Assembly (NCBI GenBank): GCA_963760675.1
Contig: CAVXEG010000005.1
Coordinates: 46,904-110,903 of the forward strand
DNA from: an uncultured Verrucomicrobiae bacterium
Lineage (GTDB): Bacteria; Verrucomicrobiota; Verrucomicrobiia; Limisphaerales; BOG-1460
DNA length: 64,000 bases
Direction: 5' to 3'
The notes under the pieces are model-generated. The model made no database searches and had not been told where the DNA came from. It saw only the letters and a list, made by a program, of their open reading frames with translations. This document shows positions 1 through 11,034 of this stretch, piece by piece. The translations under genes were made by a program, and so were the position numbers. Within the stretch, counting starts at the first letter, position 1; each line of letters starts with the position of its first letter.

Positions 1-591
1 CGCCCGGCGCCCTGGCAATGCGGGCAGGTTTGCGCGATGCTGAAAATTCCCCGCGAACTGATGATCTGGCCGCGTCCGCCGCAAGTTGGACACGTCTTCG
101 TGCGCGAGCCGGTTTCCGCGCCGGAACCGCTGCAGACGTCGCACCGCTCCGGCTTTGTGACGCTGATTTCTTTTTCGCAACCCACGGCGGCTTCTTCGAA
201 TGAAATTTCCATATCATAACGCAGATCGTCGCCACGCTGCGGCTGCGTTGGATCGGAGCGTCCACCTCCGAAAAGGTCATCAAAGATGTTTCCGCCGCCG
301 AAAACCTCGCGAAAGATCTCGAACGGATCGTGAAATCCACCCGCACGGCCAAATCCTGCACGACGGTCAAAAGCCGCGTGGCCGTACTGATCGTAGGCGG
401 CGCGCTTTTGCTCGTCCATCAGGACTTCGTACGCCTCGCCGAGCTCTTTGAATTTCTCCTCGGCGGTCTTGTCTCCTGGATTTTTGTCAGGATGGAACTT
501 TATCGGCGAGTTTGCGATAGGCCTTTTTGATTTCCTCAATCTCGGCGCCACGCTGGACACCGAGCACTTCGTAGTAATCTCGTTTGGACAT
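1..591 (-). CDS. dnaJ: Chaperone DnaJ (N-terminal part; runs off the left edge; 1 apparent indel near 500)
   Basis: Manual translation from ATG 591: [12 protein letters not shown]...[18 protein letters not shown] (J domain, HPD), G/F-rich region, CxxCxGxG repeats ([24 protein letters not shown]); downstream of grpE. Confidence 0.95.
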
Positions 592-663
592 GGAGAATTA
601 AACCGAAAACGCAAAATGAAAATGCACCAATAGCGAGCGAGGCTTCAATTCAATTTTGCTTTA

Positions 664-1254
664 TCACTTTGCGTTCTCCGCCGGCCTGGCAGCCGGTTTG
701 CGCGCCACTACGACCGCTGCGGGGCGCAGAAGACGGTCGCGTAGCTTGTATCCCTTTCGAAGCTGCTGGACGACCTGGCCCTCCGGGACCTCGGCCGCCT
801 CCTGCTGCGATACGGCCTCGTGCCAGTTCGGATCGAATTGCTTCCCGCTGGCATCGACTTCCTCCAAGCCGGACTCCGCCAAAGCGCTCTTGAGTTGCTG
901 ATGGATCATCGCAATGCCGGATTGCAGCGATTGCACGCCGTCATTCGTTGTGGATTGGGCGGTTTTGGCTGCGTTGATGGCCATGTCAAAGTTGTCCAGC
1001 ACGGGAACAAGCTTCTCGATCAAAGCTTCATTTGCATAACGAATTGCATCCTGTTTCTCTCGGGTCGCGCGCTTTTTGAAATTCTCGAAATCCGCTGTTG
1101 TGCGCAAAAGCCGGTCCCAATGCTCGTCGGCTTTGGCCGCGCGCGCTTTCAGTTCCTCGAGCTGTTCCGGCGCGAGCGTGGCCGGCTCCAGCGGGACCAA
1201 TGGTTCATCGGTTTCATTTTCCATTTTTTCCATTTCTGGCTCTGTGTCTTTCAT
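664..1254 (-). CDS. grpE: Nucleotide exchange factor GrpE
   Basis: RLLRTTADFENFKKR, LVPVLDNFDMA, FDPNWHEAV, GYKLRDRLLRPAAVVV motifs. Confidence 0.97.
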   Translation of the reverse strand: MKDTEPEMEKMENETDEPLVPLEPATLAPEQLEELKARAAKADEHWDRLLRTTADFENFKKRATREKQDAIRYANEALIEKLVPVLDNFDMAINAAKTAQSTTNDGVQSLQSGIAMIHQQLKSALAESGLEEVDASGKQFDPNWHEAVSQQEAAEVPEGQVVQQLRKGYKLRDRLLRPAAVVVARKPAARPAENAK

Positions 1255-1354
1255 GGGAACAAGTCATTCACGTTTCCCTTGGATTGAATCAAAATTAGAC
1301 GATTAATCGCCTGCGAGCAACCCGGATGTGCCTCCACCAGCTTGTGAGAAGAGT

Positions 1355-4300
1355 CTATTTGGCGATGGCCGCCTTGTATTCGGGCCGGGAACGCAAGGAA
1401 TTGAATTGGGGATCTTTGTCTGCCACAGCACGAAGATCTTTTATATCTCCGCCATTGGTATTTTGGGCGAGCCGTTTATCGCTCAGGTCAATGGCGCGCC
1501 GGAGGTCTTGAAGCGCGTCCGTCTTGCCAAGCGCGGCTTTGGCTGCAGCGAGATCGTACGCATGTTTCGGGCTGGTTCGGTGCGACCTGGACCAGCTTCT
1601 CCAGGGCAGACTCAACTTTTGAGAGCTGGTTCAACTGGGAATAAGCCTGGGCAGCATAGAGCCACGTCTGCAATTGAGTGGGCCCCAATTGCTCCATGCG
1701 CGCGACAGCGGCATCCACCTTTTGCGGTTTGTTCAACCGGGCGTAGGCGCCGGCCATGAAACCACACGTGGTCAGATCGGTGGGATTGAGCTGGGCAAGC
1801 TTGTCCAGAGCGGCTTCGGCTTTTGACGGGTTGTTGAACTGCAGACAAAATCGCGTGACATTCATCAGCAGGTCCTCGGGAGCTTTAGGATTCGCCAAAA
1901 TACGTTCCACAACCTGGAATGCGCGATCATTCTGACCGAGTTGCACGTATTTTTGAATGAGATCGAATGTCTTCTGGAAATCGTTCGAGTTAGCGCGCAA
2001 GTCGGACTCCAATTGCACAACCTGGCTTTGAACTTCGACGGCCGCGTTTGGCTGCTTCACGTATCCCTGCAACTGTTGCACCAGAACGATGATGGAGCCG
2101 TTCTCCGGATCGAATTTCCGGCATGTCTCCGCGATCAATAGAGCATCACTAAATCGAAGCTGGCTCATCAACAGGTTCACGTAGCGGTACATCACTTCAG
2201 GGCTGTAAGGACAAAACGCAAAAGCCTGGCGGTACGCGAACTCAGCTTCCTTCAGCATGCGCTCCCGTTCGGCGTCGTTCTTCGGCAAGTATTCAGGTGG
2301 CGTCGGGACACCGGGCAGCAACCCAAGTCGCCATGAGTAAATGCCGCCGATTGCGCTCCGCAGTTTCGAGAACGCCTTCTGACCCTGGTCGTCACGCACA
2401 AATTTCCGGTCGCCGGTAAAACCGGCGTAATTGTGCCGGAGATAAACTTTCTCCGAGAAGTCCACGATTTCCTTGATAGAGGTGTCGTAGGTAATCCAAT
2501 TGCCGATAAGCCGATCAGAATACTTGGACCAGAAATCGTGATCTCGCTGGCATACTTCATCCGTAATCTCAGGCAGCGGCTGCCGGTTGATCTTCATGAT
2601 GATTCTGTACGGCGTGAGATACGGGAACATCCAATCGAGCGGAAAGCTTTCCTCGACAAAGAAGTCGTTGGTCGGGTTGTGATCGAAAATGACCTTGGTC
2701 AGCAGGCCGTTGATGGACATGACTGCAGTTTGGCCCGCTACCTGGACCCGCCCGTCGGGCAAGAAGTGAACATCTTCCCCAGGCTTAATCTGCCGCGGCT
2801 CGTTCGGAAACTGTTCGTCGTGCTGTTTGCGGCGCGCTGCGTCTGCGGTGTATTCGGCGAACGCCACCTCGAGATCCTTTGGAGAAGACGTGTAGATTTC
2901 CTTTGGTGGATAGACTCCTTCGCGACGGCGACGCGCTTCGACATTGGCACCCCATTTGGTCAATGGCACGTCCAGCAAATTATAGGCAAGTCGTGCCAGA
3001 TAGTTCGTCGAAAAATTCGAGTCCGGCGATTTCTCATCCTTTGTCCGGAGCAACTCCTGGAAGAAAGGCGAGATCCTTCTGGGCGCTCCGGAAATACTGT
3101 GAGCGGATGTACTCAAGATAGGTTCCGTCCGCCAACGCATTTTGGGTGATGATGTAAACGTCCCGCCGATCGAATCGCTGATCGAAAACGGGTTTGCAGC
3201 GATCGGGAATGAAACTGTCGCAGAAAATCATGTAGGTCGGGCAGAATCGGCCGGGGTCGGTGCCGCCGAACAGGATCGTGTCCCGTGTCATTTCCGGATA
3301 GACGAGGTTCCCGTTTGGCCCTTTAGCGGCCTGTTCACGCAGCTTGGGATCATAGCTGAGCTTTCCATCAGGAGCAGTAAACGGTGGCGTGAACATGTCA
3401 TGGCCAAACCAATAGCCGAACCAGTGGTTGCGCTGTTCATTGTCGGACCAATTGCAGAAAATCGAATGCGCAGGCATTACCGCAAACACGGCCAGCGCAA
3501 TGATCATGTGAGGTTTGGCTCTGAACAGAATGAGATTCGCGAGAAACACCAATACCATCCCAAGGAGCAGAATGTTGGCGTAGATAGGCAGGGCGTACTG
3601 GTTTTTGTGAAACGCGTTGCCCAGCGCGAGAAAAAATGTTTGCAGCCAGTTCATGCCCGGATGATCGCCATAGAACGCCAGAGTCTGACTGGCTAATTCG
3701 ACCAGTGCCAAACAAACGGCAACACCGCCCGCAGCAAATCCCCAGATTCGGAATCGTTCATAGTTCGCCAGCATCGCCGCAGCGGCTAACGCGATCCCGT
3801 AACCGATAAACATCGCGATGATGGCGTGAGACGCTGTGAAGAACACGCGGTTCAGCTCCATGCTCTGGCGATCGTGTCCCGGGTTCAACATGATCGCCAG
3901 CAGGATGGCCATAAAGAGGTAAACCGCGAGAAGCCCAATCAACCACGCCCGTTCACGTTTCTGAAAACGAAGAAAGAAAAGAAACGGCACGAAAGCAACC
4001 ATGGTATAGACCCAGTTGAACTCGTTCCCAACCCCTTGAATCACGATGATGACCAGGTCAATGAACCGGGCGGGGTCCTGGAGCACATTCGTAGGATGCG
4101 CGCTCTCGTACTGTCCTCGGGTCAGTGCGTGGAAAAAGCCCTCAACCGTCCTCGGGTAGCCCCATTCCATTGGGGGAATCGTCATTCCAGCAAGGGGCAT
4201 ATAAAAGTAAAACGCAGCGCCGAGCACCCACATGAGGCCGATCAGATAAACCACCTTGATCTCGGTGCGACGGCCTGTCAGGCAGAGAAACACGGCCAGA

Positions 4301-5538
4301 ATTACAACTCCCGGACCGACCACGGTCCAAAATCTTTCGAGGCTGGTCTTCACGAACGCGAACTGCCCGGCACTGATGGGAATGAAGAAAAGGATGAACA
4401 GAACGCTCAGAGCAAACAGCACCATGTGAATCGGCTTCTGCTGTTCGCCTGCCGGTTTGTTGCGGAGCCAGGCCAGCCAATAGCAAAGGGCCATTGCCGC
4501 GACTCCTCCCAAATGAAGCGGAAGGAAAATCTTCGAGTGCATGTCCAGCGGCGGCAGGAGTTCCGTGACAAATCCCAATAGCACGATCACATACCCGGTG
4601 CTCGCTACAAAGAGCAGATCGCGCGCAAACCCAATCCACGATTCAACAGTTCGTCGCGTGATAAATGTCAAACAGAGCAGACCTATCACCGAACTGATGC
4701 CCACAAAGTTAAAAATGAGCCACAGCGCTGGTTCATTGAGCGTCGTCATTCCTTTCTTGGTTGCGATAAACAGCAACAAATAAACGAGACTGTTGCCCAG
4801 GAGAATCTCGCGCCCAACGCGGAAGTCGGCGGCGATGACTGCCACCTCCAGCCCCATTGCGGCGAGCAGCAGGGTCTGATGGTTCGTGAAGCAGATTCCG
4901 AAAATGAAGAATGAAAGATACAGATACCGGAGTTGGCGTGGAGCATAGACCCAGCGCATCAGCGCGCACAGAGTTCCCATCAGCGAAAGAACGCTGAACG
5001 AATAGACCTCAACGATGACCGACTGGCTCCACATGAATCCGTTGAATCCCAGAAGCATTCCCGCAACAAAACCCGAAACCACGCAAATCGCGCTTTCCCA
5101 GCGGCGATCGATGTCCTTCAGCGCGGCGACGCTTTCCATGAACATGCTGCTGCCCCGCGATACCATGAACGCGAGCAGACCGCACGCGAGCGCGCCGCCC
5201 AACGCTTCGCCTAGGGCCACCCGCCAGGCCACGTTGCCAATCGGCAATAACGACCAGAGATAGGTATAAATCGTCCACACCGGATAGCCAGGCGGATGCG
5301 GGATGCCCGCGTAAAAGGAACCGGTCGCCAGTTCACCTGAATCTTCCAGGGTCAACTCCGGGGCGAGCGTGAGATAGTATCCGAGAAAGACGAGCAGGGT
5401 TGTGACCAGCAGCGTAATCCAGTCAATGCGCCGGAACAGTGGCGGGAGCGGTGGGGCTGCGGTGGGAGCACTCGTTTTTTGAGGCGGTGCGCCCGCAACA
5501 GCCTGAGCCTTGTCAGTCGGCGCTTTTCGTTTTTCCAT
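1355..5538 (-). CDS. DUF2723/TMEM260-like GT-C membrane glycosyltransferase with C-terminal TPR repeats (~1390 aa, split over three ORFs by indels near 3080 and 1560)
   Basis: TLAPELTLEDSGEL...GIPHPPGYP, WSQSVIVEVY and NHQT motifs; many TM helices; ORFs 3034-5538, 1488-3140 and 1355-1615 are continuous in content; helical TPR-like C-terminus. Confidence 0.8.
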
Positions 5539-5550
5539 GCTTGGTCCTGA

Positions 5551-5928
5551 TCAGTTCGGCTTACCCGGCAAAAATGAGCCAATACTAGAAGTGGAACTGC
5601 TGCGGTTTGTCCATTCAAAAGTAACTGCCTGGAGCCGGTTGCGATCCTGTTGAGAAGTATCCGCCGGCACATAAGCCAACTGGTTGCTCGCGATCATCAC
5701 ATCCATCGGCTGTATACGTGCCGTCGCTCGGAACAGATCATCGCTCTGCCTCACCGCCGAAATCGCGAGCAGCACACAGGCGGTTGCAGGCGCCAGCCAG
5801 CGCAAGAATATTCCCACCTCCAACGATTTCTTCTGCGATGCGAACCAGATCCGCCGTTTAAGTCCGGCCGATGGGCGGCGCGGTTGCCAGGAACGCAATT
5901 GGTTCTCCTGAAAATTCGTCTCGTTCAT
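5551..5928 (-). CDS. Putative single-TM anti-sigma factor
   Basis: 125 aa, overlaps the sigma gene 3' end; ENQLRSWQPRRPS N-terminus followed by one hydrophobic helix. Confidence 0.55.
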   Translation of the reverse strand: MNETNFQENQLRSWQPRRPSAGLKRRIWFASQKKSLEVGIFLRWLAPATACVLLAISAVRQSDDLFRATARIQPMDVMIASNQLAYVPADTSQQDRNRLQAVTFEWTNRSSSTSSIGSFLPGKPN

Positions 5929-6412
5929 AATCTACTCCTTCCAGTTGGAATTTGATCTTCTGCAAACCGTAGCGATACCGTCCGGCAACTGTATTCGGGG
6001 AGACCTCCAGTAACTCGCCGATTTCATCAAACGTATATGAATGCCAGATTTTCAGCACAATGGCTTCGCGCTGTTCCACTGGCAATTCAGCCAGGCAGCG
6101 CATCGCCTTACGTTCCTCCTGTGTTTCCGATGACGATCTTTCGAACCAACGCGTGGATTCCAGTTCGCGGGTCAACCGGCGCCACAGCGAGCGGCGATAA
6201 TTTAGCGCGCGATTTCGGAAACTGCGCACGCAATAGTGATCGGGTCGCGACGGAGCCTGCGATTTCTCCATCATCGCGACGAACGTCTCCTGAACTACGT
6301 CTTCGGCTTCCGGGTGGCTGAGACCGAGCGCGCGGCCGTAGAGAATCAACTCCGCGGCCTTTGCCTCGTAAAGTGCCTCAACCCAGTCCGATGGTCCGTT
6401 GTCGCCGTTCAC
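5858..6412 (-). CDS. ECF-type RNA polymerase sigma factor
   Basis: Region 2 (AEDVVQETF, RNRALNYRR) and region 4 (LPVEQREAIVLK...TFDEIGELLEVSPNTVAGRYRYG). Confidence 0.92.
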   Translation of the reverse strand: MNGDNGPSDWVEALYEAKAAELILYGRALGLSHPEAEDVVQETFVAMMEKSQAPSRPDHYCVRSFRNRALNYRRSLWRRLTRELESTRWFERSSSETQEERKAMRCLAELPVEQREAIVLKIWHSYTFDEIGELLEVSPNTVAGRYRYGLQKIKFQLEGVDYERDEFSGEPIAFLATAPPIGRT

Positions 6413-6543
6413 GTTTCAATGGATAGACACCGCCCACGCTGAATTTGTATAAAATTCAGAGAATGTCGAAACGATAAATCGTTAAGCCGTTGAATTGCAG
6501 AATCGGCGCGGCATCCTGACAACTCAAATGCTCGACCGATTGT

Positions 6544-8895
6544 TCAACTCCAGCCGAACAATTTGCCCAAATGAAACGTCGCAAACGCCAGCGTCCACGC
6601 CAGCACGCCCATGTACGTCCACTGGAACAACGGCCATTTCCAGGAATTGGTTTCACGTCGCACGATGGCGACCGTGCTGACGCATTGCAGCGCGAAGACA
6701 TAGAAAACCATCAGCGTTATTGCCACAAGCGGCGTGTACACGGGCGAGCCATCAGGGTGCCTTTGTTCTCGAAGTTTCAATTCCAACTTCGCTTTGCCAG
6801 CCTCCGATTTTTCGTAATGCCCCACGTTGTAAACGGTGGACATCGTGCTGACAAAAACTTCACGCGCGGCAAATGACGAGATGATGCCGATGCCCATCTT
6901 CCAATCGAATCCGAGCGGAGCTATGGCGGGTTCAATCATCCGGCCCATGCGCCCGGCGAAACTATGACTCAAGCTCGTGCCGACCTCTTGCTGATCAAGT
7001 TCCTGAAGCCTGGCGTTAAGGCTGAATTCAGCGGGTGAATTTGTTTCGGCACCAGGTTGTCCGGCAATCACCCCCAAGCGAGCGCGCCATGTGGGGTCCG
7101 CCCAGGAGTCTTGGGCTGCAGAAGGGAGAAATTGTGTTACGGCATTTTGTCGTTCTAGAGCGAAATGGTTCTCTGCTTCTCCATTCTTCGGATACGTCGC
7201 CAGGAACCACAGCAGGATGTTGATTCCCAGAATCACCGTGCCGGCGCGGCGCAGAAAGATCTTCGAGCGGTCCCACATGTGCCGCAGCGACGACGCGCAA
7301 CAGCGGCACGTTTGTAAGGCGGCAATTCCATGATGAGCATCGGCGTTTCGCCTTTGAGCAGCGTCTTCTTGAACAGCCACGCCATCAGCAGCGCCACGAC
7401 GATGCCGAGCAGATACATCGCCAGCATCGTCAGCCCTGCAAGTTTCGAGAAAGCCGAGCACTTTGCGTCTTGCGGAATGCACGCGCGCGATCAGCAGCGT
7501 ATAAACCGGCAGCCGCGCCGAGCAACTCATCAGCGGCGCGACCAGGATCGTCACCAGCCGGTCCTTCGGGCTTTCGATGGTGCGCGTGGCCATGATGCCG
7601 GGAATCGCGCACGCGAACGAACTGAGCATCGGAATGAAACTCTTGCCGTGCAGCCCGACCTTGCTCATCAGCCGGTCCATCAGGAACGCCGCGCGCGCCA
7701 TGTAACCGGTGTCTTCGAGCAAGCCGATGAACAGGAACAGCAGCAGAATCTGCGGCAGAAACACGATCACCGCGCCCACGCCCGCGATCACGCCGTCCAC
7801 CAGCAGGCTGTTCAAGTCGCCCGGGCGGAATCAGTCTGTCCGACTGCGCCGCCGAGCCAGTCCACGCCTGCTTGCAAGCGCATCCATCGGGATAATGCGC
7901 GAAGGTGAAAATGCTCTGGAACATCAGCGCCATGATCGCGACGAAGATCAGCGTGCCCCAGACCTTGTGCGTCAGGACGCGGTCCAGCTTGTCGCTGAAC
8001 GTTTCGCCAGGCGGCGCCAGTTCGGTCGTGACGGCCTGCTGGATTTCCGCGACGCGCGCGTAGCGCCATTCGATGGCGCGCCGCGCCAGTCCATGCCTGC
8101 GCGTCGAGCCGCTTGCGCGCGGCGGCGACGGCATCCTGAATTTTCTGCGGGTAATGCGCAGTCGCTGGACGCCAGCGCCTTTCGTTGCTCAGGATCAGCA
8201 ACGCCTCGGCCGTCGCTTGCAACCGGCGTTCTTTGAAAGTTTCGGCGAGCAAGTCCGCCAGACCGGTCGCTTCGATCCGGAACAGGCCCGGCAACTGGCA
8301 GAACAGGCGCGGCTTGGATTTCGGCGGCGTGCGGCAGCGTGGCCGATGATTCGCTCGCGCAACTCGGAAACTCCCTGCCCGGTGCTGGCGACAATCGGCA
8401 CACCGGCACGCCGAGGATTTCGCGCAAGCTTTGGCGCGTCAATCTGATGCCCGTTCGCTTCGGCCACATCCACCATGTTCAGCGCGATGATCGTTGGATG
8501 CCCGAGCTCGATGACTTGCGTGGCGTAGTAGAGATTGCGCTGAAGGTTCGAGGCGTCCACGACCACGACGATCAAATCCGGCGCCGGCAGTTCCGGCAGC
8601 CGATTGAGCAGCACGTCGCGCGAGATCTGTTCGTCGAGCGAATTCGGACTGAGGCTGTAGGTGCCGGGCAGATCGAGCACGCGGATGTCGGTACGGCTCG
8701 CGGGACGCCCGCTCCACCGAGCAATTTGCCTTCCTTGCGTTCGACCGTGACGCCGGCGTAGTTGCCGACCTTGGCGCGCAGCCCGGTGAGCGCGTTGAAC
8801 AACGTTGTCTTGCCGCAATTCGGATTGCCGGTCAGAACAACGTACGAGGCGACCTTTGCTGCCACAGGTTTCTGCTCGCTCAGTGCAGCTTTCAT
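6544..8895 (-). CDS. feoB: Ferrous iron transporter FeoB (multiple indels)
   Basis: [31 protein letters not shown] GTPase motifs; [29 protein letters not shown] membrane motifs. Confidence 0.93.
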
Positions 8896-9377
8896 TTGAA
8901 ATCCCTGCCTCCAATGAGCGCTTGGACCGTGAGGAGATATTTTTGAAACGTTTTCGTGAATTCGGGCTTGCGATTGGGCGCGCCCGGAGCTTTGGGATAG
9001 CTGTTGGCGCCGGCGATGTGGTTTGAGCGATCGCTATACTGAATCTCGAGCGACCAATCCGTGCCATCCTTGACGTTGGGATTTGAGTAGTTAGTCCGCC
9101 ATTGCCAGACCTTGAGCTCTTCGAGGGATTTTCGAAATGCGGACCACTGTTCCACGCTGGGAATGATGCGTACAACCTCGCGCTGCTCGGTGATGGCCGC
9201 GTAGTCCAGTCCGCCGTTGTTCAATTCAACCAAATAAGTAGGGCCGAGGAAACCGCCGATTAAGGCGCGAAAACGCGTTGGCACGTCTGCTTCGGTAGGG
9301 CCGGTTACATCGGGGGCGACATCTCGACATCCGAGCAGTGAGAGCATCGGGACAAGCGAGAAAAACTTCGCAAGCAT
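8892..9377 (-). CDS. Hypothetical lipoprotein inside the feo operon
   Basis: Intact ORF; [17 protein letters not shown] lipobox-like signal; stop overlaps the feoB ATG (ATGA). Confidence 0.6.
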   Translation of the reverse strand: MLAKFFSLVPMLSLLGCRDVAPDVTGPTEADVPTRFRALIGGFLGPTYLVELNNGGLDYAAITEQREVVRIIPSVEQWSAFRKSLEELKVWQWRTNYSNPNVKDGTDWSLEIQYSDRSNHIAGANSYPKAPGAPNRKPEFTKTFQKYLLTVQALIGGRDFK

Positions 9378-9384
9378 CGTACGC

Positions 9385-9622
9385 CTACCCAATCTTCACC
9401 AAAATCTGCTCCGCCTCGCTCTTGCGCAGCGTGAGATTGTAGCCGCGGATTTTGATTTCGACTGGATCACCCAGCGGCGCGAAACGGACGAGTTCAACTT
9501 TTGTTCCAACGAGCAATCCCATTTCCATTAATCGCGCGCGTGCCGGCAGGCGACACCTTGATTTCGGCGACGGTGGCGCTTGTCCCCACGGCAACGGAGG
9601 TGAGCGGCTGCGGAGCGGACAT
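9385..9622 (-). CDS. feoA: FeoA family protein (1 indel near 9541)
   Basis: MSAPQPLTSVAVG.../RLMEMGLLVGTKVELVRFAPLGDPVEIKIRGYNLTLRKSEA. Confidence 0.92.
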
Positions 9623-9625
9623 GGA

Positions 9626-9916
9626 TCAGGCCGCTTTGCGGGCGGGCAGAGGCTCGACGAGGATGGTTTCAGCGAGTCGTTTGCTGATGCCCAGACGGGC
9701 GTTGCAAACCTGGCAGATGATGTTCGAGTGACGGCTGAGCAATTTGATCCGTTGCTGTTCGCAGAACCCCATTTCCCTAAGACGCACGCGCAATTCGGGC
9801 GAAGTGGCGAGTTCCTTGATGCAGACGACGGTTCCAGCCTTGACTCGGCTGAGTGGACAAACCGATGGGCCGGCGCATTGACCCTCCAAAATCACGTATT
9901 CGGTTTGTTTGTTCAC
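9626..9916 (-). CDS. feoA: Second FeoA family protein
   Basis: PLSRVKAG...RLREMGFCEQQRI...RLGISKRLAETILV, FeoA SH3-like signature. Confidence 0.82.
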   Translation of the reverse strand: MNKQTEYVILEGQCAGPSVCPLSRVKAGTVVCIKELATSPELRVRLREMGFCEQQRIKLLSRHSNIICQVCNARLGISKRLAETILVEPLPARKAA

Positions 9917-9924
9917 CGAGCGCC

Positions 9925-9953
9925 AAAATAGGCTAAGTGAGATGCTCTTGCAA
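9925..9953 (-). promoter_or_regulatory. Putative sigma70 promoter of the feo operon
   Basis: TTGCAA-N17-TATTTT on the minus strand, ending 9 nt before the feoA GTG. Confidence 0.5.
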
Positions 9954-9989
9954 GAACCGGTTTTGCGGGTGAGACGAAGAGAAAACCAG

Positions 9990-10030
9990 AAAAATCCCGG
10001 CTGACTGTTCTTTGAGAGAAAGCCGCCGCC
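9990..10030 (-). terminator. Probable intrinsic terminator after rpsT
   Basis: Imperfect stem CGGCGGCTTTCT-CTCAA-AGAACAGTCAGCCG followed by GGATTTTT. Confidence 0.5.
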
Positions 10031-10056
10031 GAACTGATGGTTGCAGTTCCGCGAAC

Positions 10057-10320
10057 CTATTTCACCGCGGTGAGCCGGGAACTGAGCCGGGATTTTTTGC
10101 GGCTCGCCATTGATTTGTGGACGACACCGGTTTTTGCGGCCTTGTCGAAGGCTGAACTTACCGACCGCAATGCTTGTGCAGCCTCGTCCTTTTTGCCCGC
10201 GCTGACGAGCGCCAGATAATTCTTTTCCAGCGAGTGCAGACGGGACTTGATGCTGCGATTATGGAGTCTCTTACGCGCGCTGTTGCGCATGCGGCGTTCG
10301 GCGGAGGTGGTGTTCGGCAT
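10057..10320 (-). CDS. rpsT: 30S ribosomal protein S20
   Basis: MPNTTSAERRMR...FDKAAKTGVVHKSMASRKKSRL. Confidence 0.96.
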   Translation of the reverse strand: MPNTTSAERRMRNSARKRLHNRSIKSRLHSLEKNYLALVSAGKKDEAAQALRSVSSAFDKAAKTGVVHKSMASRKKSRLSSRLTAVK

Positions 10321-10479
10321 AAATCGATTTCGTTTTGATTCGAGCGCGAAACGGTAGCGTAAGGATGCTTCTTGTCAACGCGACATTTCTCCGCCCGACG
10401 AATTGCGTCAACGATCATTCCGTGCTTGTTTGCGCGAGCGGCTCTGACGAAACTTGGGCGATCTCATATTATCTCTTGA

Positions 10480-11034
10480 ATGGTGACTACCGAAAAAACA
10501 GGCCACAAAGCGGGCCGATGGCTGACGTGGATCGTGATTGGACGGAACCCGCGCAACACGCTTGTGCGAATCGTCATCCTCGTCGTGGTCTGCTTCGTGG
10601 TGTTCCATTATGTGTTGCTGCCCATCCGGGTCGAAGGTCCGAGCATGCTGCCAACCTATCAAAGCCGCGGCGTCAACTTCGTCAATCGACTGGCGTATAT
10701 GCGCTCTGGACCCAGGCGCGGCGACGTTGTCGGGGTGCAACTCGCCGGGCCTCACGTGATGTTCATGAAACGCATTGTCGGTTTGCCGGGTGAATCAGTG
10801 GCGTTTCATCAAGGCCACGTTGTGATCAACGGAGTCCCACTGGAAGAACCTTACCTGAAGCTTCCGTCAGACTGGGAGGCTCCGCCGAGAACGCTGAGGC
10901 CAGATCAATACTACTTCGTCGGAGACAATCGTTCGATGCCGAAGGAACTGCATGAGGAAGGCCCAGGTGAAAGCTGGCGCATTGTTGGGAAAGTTCTGTT
11001 ATGCAAAAATCTTTTCGTGTCCTGGTTGCGCTAG
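10480..11034 (+). CDS. lepB: Signal peptidase I
   Basis: One TM; GPSMLPT (Ser), FMKRIVGLPGE (Lys), GDNR boxes. Confidence 0.9.
   Translation: MVTTEKTGHKAGRWLTWIVIGRNPRNTLVRIVILVVVCFVVFHYVLLPIRVEGPSMLPTYQSRGVNFVNRLAYMRSGPRRGDVVGVQLAGPHVMFMKRIVGLPGESVAFHQGHVVINGVPLEEPYLKLPSDWEAPPRTLRPDQYYFVGDNRSMPKELHEEGPGESWRIVGKVLLCKNLFVSWLR

Noticed and set aside
1255-1354. CIRCE/HrcA operator before grpE
   Set aside because: No TTAGCACTC-N9-GAGTGCTAA-like sequence seen
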